A stretch of 64,000 nt of DNA. Origin: Takakia lepidozioides (taxonomy: Eukaryota; Plantae; Bryophyta). The notes under the pieces are model-generated. The model ran no database searches, was not told the DNA's origin, and saw nothing but the letters and a program-made list of their open reading frames with translations. Shown here one piece after another: positions 45,501 to 58,685 of this stretch. Where the stretch lies: positions 80,352,001 through 80,416,000 of the forward strand of contig CM060731.1 in the NCBI GenBank assembly GCA_030704615.1. The letters are read 5' to 3'. Every line of letters begins with the position of its first letter. Position 1 is the stretch's first letter. The position numbers and the translations under genes were made by a program.

Positions 45501-48500
45501 CCCCTGGAGTAACAACGTTGGCCCTCACTTCGGCATGGTCAAATTCAGATAGGGTCCATGGGCAGATAATGGAACCAAGGTAAAATAGAAACTGAGAAGT
45601 AGAATCTGTGAGTCTCGCCATGCACAAACCCGGTGGGGCCCAATTGTTGGACCAAGAAAAGGCGGGAGAAAGAGGAAATGAGTAATTGTCTGCAAGACCC
45701 ACCGAGAGTATGAGTGTCTCCCACTCTTGAACTTCATAAGGGGAAAGAACAGGAGAATCATTCCCCATCTATCATTGGGGGACTCAACCATGTTAAAGTC
45801 ACCTGCAAGAATCCAATGGTCTACATCAACTAAAGCAAGGATTCTAGATCTTATGAGGCTCCACAGAAGAGCTCTATCAGCCGACAAATTTGGAGCATAG
45901 ACATTGATAATACCCAAAAGGCCTGCCTGATTAGGAGTGGAAAGGAAAACACATTGAACCCGACCAGGCATCCAGGTATCGACAGAGGAGACCAAGGGAA
46001 GAAGAGAAGGACGAATGAGAATGGCCGTCCCACCACGGGAGCCCTCATGGGTAGGATTCCACCATGCAGCAGAAGCACGCCAGACCTGATTGCCAAGTGA
46101 AAGAATTTTGGAAAGATTTAACTTATGTTTTTGCAAGAAAACAATAGCCATGGATTGGGAAAGAGAGGACAACCATCTCTTCAGTCTAGTCCGTTTGGGA
46201 GCAGACGCATCCGAACCTAGCCCCCGAACATTCCAGGAATGAAGCGACAAATTCATGGTGGAAGATTAATGAACAGGCACAAGGGATTTCCTTGTAAAGA
46301 TGGCCTGACAGGAAAAGCAAAAAACTTAGTTCGTTGATCATGAGCAGAAAGGGCCAAAATCCAAGAAAAGAGAGGAGAGGAAATGGGCCATGGAGACAAC
46401 AGATGAACAAACCCCACCAGTAACTTCCCAGTATGAGCCTTGTTCTGGATAGAGACGCAGAACTGGCGTTTCAGCCTATATGAGAAGATCAAGCTCATAG
46501 CTATCATAGGCACCCCAAGCAAGAGAGATAGATCAAAAAGGACTGAGCTAGGGCGAGAAATATCCTGCTCCGAGATAAAAAGAGAAGGGAGACTGCGTTT
46601 CCCGGTAGAGGAGACCAATAGGTTACATCTGCTTTTAGAAAGAGGAGCAGAGATGAAGAAAGGTACCAGTAGAGGAACCTCTGCCCGGGGCAACACTGCC
46701 AAAGGTGGAGCCAAAGGGGAGACAATCATATCCCCGGAGGGCCAAGATGAGGGGGGGGGGGGGGGGGGGATGTTACCAGAGGAGGGAGATTCATAGCAAG
46801 GAGAGGTAACGGAGCAAAAGATCCAGCAGACGTCGGGGGGAACTCGTGCGAAGGCCTAAGGAAGGAGTCAGCTTCCCCATGAGAACTCTAACCTTCGCTC
46901 TCTTCAATGAGCTTTCCCATGCCCTTATACTTTGCAGATTTGGCCAAAATGGCCTTGATCAGAGTACAACTAGCATTTAAAGCCCGAGTGGTCAAGACCA
47001 TCTCATCAGAGTCCATTACAACAGCAAATTCAGCAGGAATCCGGCTGCCATTGGACCATTAGCCCCCAATGCATTCTCCTTGCTTAGTAACCTCAACATG
47101 ATCCAAAGCCACCAAACCTGAACTGTGGAGAAAGTAGAGTGGTTTTTGTTATCCACCAGGTAGGAACCAAAATGAAGAGAGAGCCCTGGGTTCATAGCCA
47201 AACATCCCAGTTCAGAGGAGAACAGCGAGTGGATTTTTTTGATGATCAGGTCCACAACTTGCTTAGGATCAGGAAATTCTAGAAAATCATCATGCATGAC
47301 CCAAGAGGAGGCCAGACCCGAGGACTTCCCAGTGAGCAGAATCTAAGGAACACCCTCCGCCATCTGATACACAATGGGAGTTATGGAGATCACCTCTTAA
47401 CACCTGAGACAGGAGACCATGCAGCTATCTGGAGATCACTAAAAGACCGGAGCCTGAGACAATGCGATGCCAAACTATCCTGAAAGGTAGGACTCGTGGA
47501 TTCCCAGAACTGTGAAATTGAAAAGACTAGCGGGAGAATCGATTTCTCTATAATATCAATGCTGGGAGAAATGCAAAGACCCATCCAAGGAGCCCCTAGG
47601 GGATTTGCAGATTTAACGTTTGGAGGCCCGGAAAGACCTAGATGCTGGGGGAGAGGAGGTCATTACTAGCTGTTTGATGGTCAGGGTCAGCACAGGAGAG
47701 GAAGAGGAAGGAATTGGGAGTAGAGGAGGAGAGGGAGCATGCAGAGGAGAGCCCATCGGAGGCAGGGGAACCGAGGCAGCAGTAGAGACACGTTTCCGTT
47801 TCAAAAAAGGGCACTCGGCTTTAAAATGACCAACTCCATTACATCCGTGACAGACTATGGAGAACTTCTCTTCATACACTGCTACAGTGATAAAGGACGC
47901 GACCAAAGAGGGGAACCTGATTGCCTTGGGGACGATGGCCGAGTCCGACATCAAGACAACAATTTTGGGAGCAGAAATATCCCCAATTCGGCTGATGTTG
48001 GAAAGAGGGCCCCAACCAGTCATCTCCGCTACCATGGAATTGGTAGCCTCTGGATCAAACACACTTAAACAGCCTAGATAGTCCCCAAATCTTGTGCCTA
48101 TCTTAGGTAATGAGGCAAGATATTGACAGGGTAGAAAGAGCAAGGAGATAATGCGCAGACTACAGCAAATACCATTCTTGTGACCCTAGTCTTGGGACCA
48201 CGGAAAAAATGAACTTTGTGGAAAGACATGTGAGGATTAAAGGATAGAGCCCTAGCAGCAGCAGCTTGCGTTTCAAACATCACTGCAAAAAACCCCCTAC
48301 CCATTGAGATGCAGAAAAGTTGTTGCAATTGCCCATCACCACCCAAATGCTCAGAAATCTACTTTCTCACCCATTTACGATCCATTGACCTACCAGGAAA
48401 ATGCAAGAGAACTCCCCTGGATTGGATCTTGGCAGTCTGATCTCTAACTGTCTCCATGTTGATGGGGTGAATTTGTTCATCAACGTCCAGTAGATCCAAC

Positions 48501-49476
48501 TGAACTGGCCAAGGTTCAGCATCGGACGATAAAGGAGGAGAAGTCACATGGAATGGACCTTTACCGAACAGAGAGGGAAAGGATGAAGTAGAGGTATCCC
48601 CAGAAGAGCCAGTCTGGAATCCCATCTGGAAGCCCCGGCCTCTACCATTACCCCTACCGCGCATAAAAGGAAGCGGGGCTCTCCCGCGTCCTCGTCTACC
48701 ACTGGAGCTGCCCTGGAACGTCATCGTAACTCTAGAGATAGAGGAAAAAAATCACCGGAAACCAACTTGACTCTCTAACCAAGACCAACACAGGAAGCGC
48801 GGAACTCTTAATGGGGAATATCACCAAATAACACTAAATACGAAAGAGGAAGAACTACAAGCAAGACTATGAGCAAAGGAGAGAGTGCACAAGCAGAAGC
48901 AGGAAGGAAGCAGCCAAACCCAAGGATAGAGACTTGGAATTGAGGGGATGAAAATTTCAGAACCGAGAGGACAGGACAAGCTTGAAGAAGTCTCTTCTTT
49001 GATAATTCAAATAGATGGCCCTGCAACTATCTGCTCAGAGGCACCACCCAAACCGAAGTAACTCTACACACTTGTAACCAGCATAAGAATCCTTTGAAGA
49101 TAAGAGCTCTTCTGCAATGACTTCCTCCGTAAATCAACTGCCACCTGCCCCGACCAAAGCCCAGACCCCGCAAGAGCACTACTCTGGATGTACATTCTAC
49201 AGGGAAGACAGACGCACAGGAGTAAAGCGGCACACTTGAGACACTAATGCGAGATGGAAGAAGAATATAAAACACATAGAAACACCGAAGGCAGAAGACA
49301 AGCTGGCGCTTCTAACTAAGAAGCTGACGAAGCTGACGGAAGCGAGATAGCTGGGAGCGACGGGGCACAAACTACGAGAATAGATAGGGCAACGCACGAG
49401 CAACCAACGTCGAAAGGAAAGGCTGCAAAAAAAACTAAGTCCCAAACTCTCTACACCACGAAGCACGGAGAGCTCA
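42511..49476 (-). mobile_element. L1-clade LINE, near full length, degenerate, 3'-truncated
   Basis: ORF1 remnants 48724-46253 (RG-rich start, GRGFFAVMF, knuckle CHGCNGVGHFKAEC). ORF2 46256-42511: endonuclease (SWNVRGL, NVYAPN, GDFN), reverse transcriptase (RT; KSPGIDG, NYRPITLLN, LDFEKAF, CADD) and the start of zf-RVT (FLWKL). Many frameshifts. The 5' boundary is approximate. Confidence 0.92.
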
Positions 49477-49704
49477 CATTGTACCCATCAATAATGTTGT
49501 TCATTAGTCAATTTGTTTTGAAAGAGGTAAGATTTTCCTAACAATAAAGGTTGTTTAGCATTTAATAGTGTAGCAATTATGGAGGGAGCATATATAATAT
49601 AGAAAGAGAAAAACATTCTGAGCATATCTCCGAGCCACTGTGAAGGCTTGTTTCGTGCTGGGATGAGATTCGCCCGTCCTCACATGGGCACGTTAAACTA
49701 GGGG

Positions 49705-50527
49705 TGTAAGAGCTCGAAAGAAGCGGGCTTTACAGCACGAGAAGAAGGAATAACATGTAGAGGATCCCACGCACAGTGTTTGCAAAGCCAACGTGCACAC
49801 ATCCAAGGCACACAGAGAACGTCCAGAGACCTCGCACACCGGGTTATACATACGAAAAGAGGACCCTGACTCCAGGTCAGGAACAAGCTTATACCCCAAA
49901 CCTAGGGTGAGGCAATACCCCCACATGGCAACTTGCCACGGGGTGCCCAAATTACAAATAGATCTGGCCCGTAGATCAATGAAGGGTCAAGATGCAGCCA
50001 CAAAGCTCTAGGATAACTCAAATGGGTATGGGTCAGGCTGTATAATGGCGAATACTAATGGCGTAGGATGCATGTCAGACAGTAATGAATAAGCCAAAAG
50101 TCAGGCTAGGAGAACCCCACCCCCCCCTTAAAAATCGTCTGCAACTGTCTTCTCCCCCAATAAATCCTTTATCTGGTTGTCCAATTCTTCTTGTCAACCC
50201 ATCCCTTGAAGTGTAAATCACCTGTTGGGAGTGAGATATTCGCTTCATCATCAACATGGGCTTGCCTTAGCCTTAATCCATATAGCCATGTGCAACTGAA
50301 ACTCAAGGAAGATAGACACCCAGAGAATGACAGAAGTAGGAGGGAATGAACTACCTTTGAAAGCTTCCCATCTACCCATGGCAGCAGCATGCGCACCCGG
50401 GCAAGCAAGATACAACTACAACCAAGACAGCGCACAAAGAGCCCCCTTAGCACTACTAAGCTAGAATGCGATAGATAATTGTAATGGGAGAAGTCAGGCA
50501 AGGGGGGGCAAGGAGAGGCAGCTTACA
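49705..50527 (-). repeat. 3' LTR (823 bp) of the adjacent Ty3/gypsy element
   Basis: Bounded by TGTAAG (49705) and CTTACA (50527), immediately downstream of the pol remnant. It is preceded on the minus strand by a short purine run, AATGGGG. Confidence 0.75.
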
Positions 50528-53500
50528 CCCCATTGATGAGGGTGACTAAGGAGCGAAGAGCCCACATTTTCAGGATGGACAAACTTCTTCACATCGTACA
50601 TTAAGAAAAAAACTCACCTTCCGATTGTGGTTGTCCCACCATCGTGAATGATCTTTCAAAAACTCATGCCAGCTCTGCTCCGTGCTGCAAATGCAGGGCC
50701 GAGTCTGATGAGAGGGCAAAATAGGCTGAAATAGGTCGAAGAAGAAGCTGGTGCCCTCATCACTTTGTCATCGACCTTGTGTCTTGACCCATGGAGGATT
50801 CAACTGACCATGAACCCAAGAGAACCTCTTGTGTGTGTTGTTTGTGTCTATAGTCAGGTAATGTCAGATAGGTCTGTGAGAGCGGCCACGGTGCATTCAA
50901 GCAGGTAGAGATTGAAACACGGCCTGCTATCACGATGCTTTGGCACTAAGAAGATGCAGACCGCAAAAAACACTAAGTCCTAGCCCTACACTCTGCGACC
51001 TAGCAACCCTAAATTCGAGACCTTCTTTGGATAGGACATTACCCAAGAAGTGAAGCTCAGGCATGCACAATTCACATTTCTTAGGCTTAACTTTTAACCC
51101 TGCAACTCTAAGTCTGCTGAAGACACGTTGCAAGTCAAGAAGATGGGCTTCAAGGGTGGCTGAATACACATTGATGTCATCAATGTATATCAAAGCACAC
51201 TCCCACCTCAAATTTCCAAGGACAATATCCATTCGGCGCTCGAAGGTAGAAGTTGCATTGCACAAACCAAACGGCGTGGTCTCATACTGGTACTTACCCA
51301 TCCTACAAACAAAGGAGGTTTTCTCTTTTGCTTCCTCAATCAGAGGCACTTGCCAAAAACCAGAGGCCAAGTCTAAGGAAGAAAACACAGTGGCTCCATT
51401 TAACATGTCAAGGGTTTCATTGATCACAGGGAAAGGGTATGCATCTTTCTTGGTGATTGCATTGAGACGCCTCAAAACGAGTACCTCCATCCTTCTTCCC
51501 TACAAGGACTATGGGACTGGCCCAAGGAGAGATGGAAGGCTTAATCACACCAGCATCAAGCATTTTTTTTTAATTTCCTCATGCACAATAGGCCTTTCCT
51601 TCACACTCTCCCTATAAAAAAATTGCTTGACAGGAGGTCTCTCAGTCTCAATGTCATGCTGCAGGATATTGGTCTTCCCAAGGTCAGAAGTTCCAAGACT
51701 GAACACATCCAAGTTGTGAGCTATCAAGGTCTCAACTTGCCATCTTTTGGGCTTCCTCAAGCAAGGGGTTGAGTTTGATCTCACCTACAAGGACTTTGGC
51801 AAGGGCTTCTCTTTTTTTAGCATTGAGTTTATTCTTGAAGATCATGGCAGGAGAAGAGTGGCTGGAAAAAGCAGTGACCAGATCTGATTGATCATGGACA
51901 ATGCCTATTAAGGCTTCAAAACCAAAAGCAGGCTGGACTTCACCAATCTCTTATAAGGGACGGGCAGAAATCCTAGCAAGCACTTGCCCCTGCTTGATGG
52001 TCACAGAAAACCTTTAGGATTGGCTATAAGAAGTTTGACTTCCTCTTTGTAACCTCTATCAAGAACCCCAATAGCAACAAGGCCTCCTCCCTTTAAGGCA
52101 GTAAGCCTCATCCACCCATCAACCCTTGCGAGAAAGGTAGGTCAATTGGGTCTAAGACTTGACCACTCTTTGGCACATAGATGAAATAGTAACATCACAG
52201 AGAGCTCTAATCAAAGTACTGTTCTTTTGCACCACAATGGGAGCACCAGACTTTTGACCAGAGCTGGGTACATGCCACTCGTACATCAAGGCAATATCTG
52301 GGCTTGTATCTGTAAAAATCCAGCCAAGACATGTTGTGGTGGGTCCTTTGCCTTATCTCCCTTACCATGGCTTGAACTTGGAAAAGGTTGGCAGTAGCAG
52401 TGCTTCATGCATCTTGACAATCTTGAGAGGCACTACAACCTCATGTCCTTCTCCATTGGGAAATCTTAGGGAATTGTCACCTTGAAGGTTGATGGTAGCT
52501 TGAGCCCCTGTCATCCAATCCAAACCCAACAAGAACTGGTCTCCTACTGTAACGATGCAGATAACCAAGACCTCATTCTTGTGAATTCTAATAGGAATAG
52601 TGACCAGCCCCAAGGGCTCATACCTCAGTGACCCATCTGCAATGATGACCTCCATGCCTTGGGGCAGGGGTTAACTTGAGGCCCAAGACTCTCACTACCT
52701 GTAAGGGAATGGCCGACATTGTACATCCAGTATCTACAACACATGGAAAGCTCAAATGATGCACATGACATTGTGTGATCGCGGGACTAATGTCGGGCAC
52801 TTCATGACATTTCTTGGCTAATTCACAATGCAAAGCCTTAAAGTTAGTTGATAACATGACCCTCTTTTTATTTGCATCAACAGGGTGCTGCTCCCCATGA
52901 TCTAGATTGTCCCCTGCCGGCCAAGAGATCTCTTTAGTTTAAATGTATGCAGGCAGCCTGGGTAGAAGACCCTGCCTTCTTCTTCTCTTTGACATAATCA
53001 GCATAGCCCTCACGGTCAGGACAAACCTTAGTGTAATGCTCAGTGCTACCACAAATATAACAGGGAGCAAACTTCCTCTCATAAGCGGCCCATGTTTGGG
53101 TCTTACCTCTAAACCCCCCACCTTTACCTTTACCTTTCTGTTGAGCTCTGGGCTTGTATTCAGCCTGTTGCTGGTCTCTGGGTCTCCACTCAGCCCTCTG
53201 CTGATCAGTCTTCAAGGCTACAAATTGTGTGGTCATGTTTTTTCCCAACTCACCCACAGTGTGAACCAGTTCTTGCAAAGCAGAGTCACTAGACTCAGAG
53301 CCAACAGGAGAGATCTTTCGCTCATCAAATGTGGCAGCCATGGTGTTTGAACATGATCCATATAAGGGATCTGAAACTTCACATGGTGTCGCCTTTGTTT
53401 TGCTTCAGCTAGGTCCCTAAGCTTAAGACTAACCTTATGCAATATCTCATCACTATCCCTAAAAGTACGACATTGTCCCCAAGCTTTAACTTCTACTGGC

Positions 53501-53730
53501 ATGCATTTCAAGAAGTGTTGTCTTAGCAATCTCTCCCTAGTAACAACATCTTCAGGCACTTGTTCAACAGTAGCAGCCCTTAAATCTAAAAAGTATTACC
53601 AAAGGGACTCACCCTCCTTGTATGGCCGGCCACAAAGTTCGCCAAGGCTATCCAAAGGACGTCGAGTCTCCGCAAGTTGAAAGATCATGAGGACTCTTCG
53701 TTTTACCTTAGCCCAAGTTAGGTTTTCTTC
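50528..53730 (-). mobile_element. Degenerate Ty3/gypsy internal region: gag, protease, dUTPase-like, RT (RNase H and integrase core not seen)
   Basis: Knuckle CYICGSTEHYTKVC (52934-53341), protease VVDTGC (52618-52857), GVLDRGYKEEVKLLIAN (about 52020-52070) and RT LDLASGFWQ...PFGL...YIDD (50930-51490). Confidence 0.88.
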
Positions 53731-53734
53731 ACAT

Positions 53735-56720
53735 TATGATCAAACATAACACATAATCATGTTTATCTTCACCACATACTTATCATAGAGTTAGACAAAA
53801 TGGTTTCAGAAATTTTCATGAAATATAGTATTGTATCATGAATACAAATAACTTATTAGTTATAACTCAGGAACTGTTCTCAATGCATCACTTGCTGCCA
53901 AAGCCTCATGATGGGTTATACAATGTGTAGTTACCAAACCGGGAACATCTTCTCATTAGCGAGCAGCTAACTCTTGATAATGTCCTAATTATCAATGTCA
54001 CATTAGGTCGCGATAGACCGGATGCTGACGCGACCTACATCACATCGATGTTTGCGGATACATTAGTAAAAAATATTAAAGGTAAAATGTGTCAATTCAG
54101 CAGCCACGTCGTTATATTTATATTTCTTTCAAAATGTGCATGTGACCCCAATATTGGTAGTCACATGTTTTTTTTAATTTTTTAAAAATACGTATTACCG
54201 CCAATATTGGCAGTCCCATGTTTCTTTTTAAATATTTAATTTAATTTTTCAAAATACGTACGACCACCAATATTTTCAGTCATATGTTTTTTCATTTTTC
54301 TTAAATGCATGCGACCATCAATATTGGCGGTCACATGTTTTTTTTTTTTTTTAAAATGTGTGCAACCGCCAATATTGACGGTCACATGCCCTTTTATTAT
54401 TTTCAAATATGTGCGACCGCCAACATTTTTTATTTTATTTTTTATAAAAAAAATGCATGTGATCGTTTGTATTGACGGCGCATATTTTTATTTATTTATT
54501 AATTGTCTGTGACCGCCAATATTGACGGTCGTACATATTTAAGAGAATATAAAATATAAAACAGAATCTGTTTTTTAAGAAAACGCGTGACTGCCAATAA
54601 TGGCGGTTGCATGTTTTCTCTTTATTAAAAATACTTGTGACCGCAAATATTGGCAGTCACATGCTATTTTATTTTTTTAAATGCGTGCAACTGTCAATAT
54701 TGGTGGTCCTATATATATATATATATATATAAGTTTCTTAAATACAATAAAATTTTATCCACGTGGTCAGTCCAGCTGGGCCGTCACCTCGGTATCTAGG
54801 ATAAATAGTTAAAAAATAAAAAAATAAAAAAAAATTATATCCAAGTAACGTCCGGTTTGGACGTGACGCGACGCACGTCTTAACTGTATGTCACATCCAC
54901 ATTCATAATCCTGGATGGCACCCTATCATTAAAGATGCTCCATCAGCAGCAAGTCTGAGCCATTAGTTCGATGGATTCCAAACCAACGTTTTCAGTAGTG
55001 ATGATGTCGTAAGATACATGTTTTTTCCTATCGCATCTTTGATTGCCAACAATTCCTCGAAGGCATGAGTTTGAGGACATTTCCCTTCGAAACTTAGATG
55101 AGAAGAATAGACAATCAAGTGTTGTTCCATAGTCTGGTCTGTGAACTCGTCAATCATAAGTGAAAATACGAGAAACTTGGAAGCAGTATAATAAATGTTT
55201 CACATGCTCTGACAATGCCCATAAAAACTCCAATGCAACAACCCTTGTATTATAAGCTTCATACTCGTCATTCTTAGGTCTGTCAGGGGTATTCAAGGCC
55301 CTTATGAATGGACATTCACTCTCATAACTTAGAACATAACGATCTTGCGTTACAATGAGAAACAAGATCTTCATGCACGTGTCACCCTTACATGTTCTTT
55401 CTCAATTGCATTTCCAATATATCAGGTGATAGGAACCAAACCAGATGGAGGGAAGTGAATAGCTTCTCATCGAAATAATGCGGTTTTGTGATCGGAGCTT
55501 TTCTCATGATCACGATGACAAATTTTTGCATAGTTTTACATCCTGGTCTATGACCCTACGGCGACTTGATACAAAACTCCTCACAAGTAGCACATTTCAT
55601 AAAATAAGTACCTGTTGGTTTTAAGTGCATAAGCCATTTCCTCCCAATTTTCCATGAAGCTTTAAACCTTCGATTATACGTCCTGCCTTGGGGACCACGA
55701 GCTTTGGAAGGTGAAAGTTGATGGACATATTCATATTCAGAAAAGTCGTCATTTGTTTCGGAATTCTGATTTTCTGAAAAAATCTCCGAAGAAAAAAATC
55801 GTGATGAAATCTACAAAACAATAATTTCATTCATCAATTCACTTTATCACCATATCATTGAATGACCTAGATTATCATGATTCTTTTTGTAATAAAAGTG
55901 GGTATAAGCTGTACTTGCAAATCTGTATTTGTACGATACTTGGAACTTGATGTGACAATGGAAAAATTGCCCCTCTCATAATTATCCAGTGATGTCACAT
56001 ATCAATAGATTATGACCTTGAAAGAATGCCACAAGCTTAAATTAAGCACTTATACCTCATGAGTGTCATACATTTGGTGTGTGCGACATTTGTGAACCAA
56101 ATAAAGACGTTATTGAAAGTTAATATGGGTCTTTCCTTGGTCTTCCCACCCTTGAATTACTTCCAAAAGCCATAAACTATCCCCTTCTCCAACTTCAGAT
56201 TCAGCACTGTACTGGTGCCATATCCTTGTAGTATTTATGTCCCCTATACTACAATATGGGACAATTTAGAATTGTACATCATACAAATTGTTCACATTGT
56301 ATTCACTATTCAAATAACCTTCATATATAATATGATTATATTTGCTGGAAAAATATTATTTAGTGGATTTCAGTAGTTGTACGCTACTATAGTACTCACT
56401 AGTGGTAAGCAAGCTCTTCTTGATTCCAATAATGGTACGCTGGTACAATGCTCTTGAAATTGTGGTAAGCAAACTCTCCCTTCACTCTCATACCTAAGTG
56501 GACTTCAATAATGATACATTGGTACAGTGCTCAAAAGTGGTACGCTGGTATAGTGCTTTTTAATGCTGGCACGCTGGTATCATTGGTATGCTGGTGCATG
56601 GTGAGACCTCTTCCATAGTGATACTCTTCAATTGTGGCACGCTGGTACATTGGTACATGATGACATCTGAATAATTGTATGTTGGTACAAAGTACATACA
56701 TTCTAGGTACATACGTCCTC
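53735..56720 (-). mobile_element. Degenerate hAT transposon (ZNF862/ZMYM-like transposase) split by an insertion
   Basis: MIDEFTDQTMEQHLIVY..., ADGASLMIGCHPGL (to 54906), continuing after the insertion as LAAR..EDVPGLVTTHCITHHEALAASDA (from 53970; CxxH motif). N-terminal zinc-finger remnant MKCATCEEF near 55590. GGTACGCTGGTAC-like subterminal repeats at 56430-56710. Confidence 0.8.
54139..54710. repeat. Array of about 11 palindromic units (consensus CATGTGACCGCCAATATTGGCGGTCACATG) separated by AT-rich spacers
   Basis: Units start near 54141, 54194, 54261, 54311, 54362, 54413 (half), 54459, 54509, 54587, 54637 and 54687. The period is mostly about 50 bp. Confidence 0.9.
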
Positions 56721-57214
56721 ACTTTGATTCATTCCACTTAATATTTCAAGTCTCGTAGTGGCGGGAAAGCTTGCTTGAGCCTTGGAGCAGGTCCAGGAGA
56801 GATGGACATGTTTTAGGGTTTGAAAGGAAGTGAAGGGCAGTTGGTAGTGACTCACGAGTCACGAGCCTCTCCAGCTAGACTTACTAGTAAGCTTACTGAT
56901 AAATAATAATTACCAATAATTTGTACATTTTTTGTAATTTTTACCTTTCTTTTGACATGTGTTTTTTTTTTTTTTTTAGCCTTTCACTGTCACAATCAAT
57001 TTTTGGTCATTGACAGGCCGTTTTTTTTTTTTTTTTTTTTTTTTTGTCTTTCAAATGTCTTGTGACAGGCGTAAAAAAAAACAATCCTAGTTACAGCCGT
57101 GAGAAGGTGTCCACTTTCAAAACAAAATAATGTAGTCCTTTGGAGGTGAAGTGATACCATAATTTACATTTGCTTTGGCAAGAGTCATCTGTAATTCTCT
57201 ATTCATGGCAGGAA

Positions 57215-57249
<35 letters not shown>

Positions 57250-58229
57250 AATAGAAGACATAGGCCTGAAAAAATATATATATATTTATACCAAAATGTT
57301 GTGCTTGGATTTTAGGTGGCATATTCTAAGAAAGCTCAGTGACCTTAGGGGAAAGTAAGACACATGAGAAAATAAATTATCTTCCATAATTTTCCATAAT
57401 TTTTCACAATATTTGAAAAATAACATGTGATTATGTCTGCAAATTCTATTTTCCAAAACCAAACTACTGACTATTATTGGTGCACTCGGGTTTTGGAACA
57501 CCACCTCGATCCTCTTTTGCTTGATGGCTTCCAGACTCTGGTCTGTTATTCTTCTCTTTCTATGTGGATTGGGAAGTCCTCTCTTTACCACCTCCCCAAT
57601 TCCGATCTTGCTGAACTCTCAAGTTGATAGGACGATGAGATCATGTTGGGCAGTATAGTATATTTAAAGGTACAATCTCTATGGATTTATGGAATTCAAG
57701 GTGTGACTTGGTTTTTAAGAGGAAACCCCTCAGTATCAGATCATTACTCTTTGATTTATATGAGTTTGATCTGATGACCAAGGAGACGACGTTTGAAGAT
57801 TCCACACTCTTAGCATTTATGCAATACAAGACTCTATAGCTGCTGCAATCGTCTTTGAATGTACTTGGTTCCACGACCAGTAGACGCAATATTCATAGTG
57901 TAGACATCTATATGATAAAACTCACCAGGTTTTTTTGCTCTATCATGTTCTCCAATCTTGATTCACAAGATACATTATGTGGTGGTTTTTGCCCATGGCG
58001 CACCATCCGCAGAAGTCTAGAGTAGTAGTATGGCTGAGAATTTATAATCATCCCACTATATTTGTTTTTCCCCTTCATGATGTTTCCTACATTCTAAAAT
58101 ATAATATCATATTGTCCACATTGAAACCTTGAGATTAATTAGGGAGGCCGGAGCCGCCTGTAGGCCAACATAATCAGTCTGGTTATCCAACGTATAAACA
58201 ATATGCCATAATTTAAAAAGATAGGATGC

Positions 58230-58400
58230 AAGTCAAAGCTAAGGGTTGATTGGAAGATGAGGCAAAGGATAGAGCTTCATTTGCTAAAATGATTATGTTT
58301 AATATTATCATGTTCTTGAACGCATCCGGTTTGGGCCGGTTTAATTATGCAAGGCAAGATCTTCTGCACCTGCATTATAATCTTCTGCCAGTGTCTTTAC
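58230..58400 (-). mobile_element. Short L1 RT fragment related to the 42.5-49.5 kb LINE
   Basis: Frameshifted translation KTLA.RL..QKILPCIIKPAQTG...ILANEALSFASSSNQPLAL versus KTLARRLQLLLPCLIRPAQTG...ILANEALAFAEHSNQPLAL in ORF 44227-45372. Confidence 0.75.
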
Positions 58401-58685
58401 GATTAGTTTGTATGACACATTTAAGATAGTTTCAATTTGAAATATAATATTTTAATGATATTCAATAGGATAGGTAGGTTGCACACCTATGAAGATGATG
58501 TTTTCGAGTTGATCCGATTGTCCATGACTACTAGACCTTGAGTATCAACGCCTTTAGGAATGGAGGCAAGTACCAACGGACTGACAACCGATTGTCGAGG
58601 CGATTTCGCATGTTGAGAGACATCTTTGTGCCTCTTCTAGTACATATAGAAGTCGTGAGACCGAGGAATCCATCACGCAACGAGG

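Noticed and set aside
54139-54710. CRISPR array interpretation of the palindrome-spacer array
   Set aside because: The context is eukaryotic TE DNA with no cas genes. The repeats are degenerate and the spacers are low-complexity A/T tracts rather than unique acquired sequences.
57021-57247. Poly-T and (TA)n tracts
   Set aside because: Ordinary simple repeats with no further structure.
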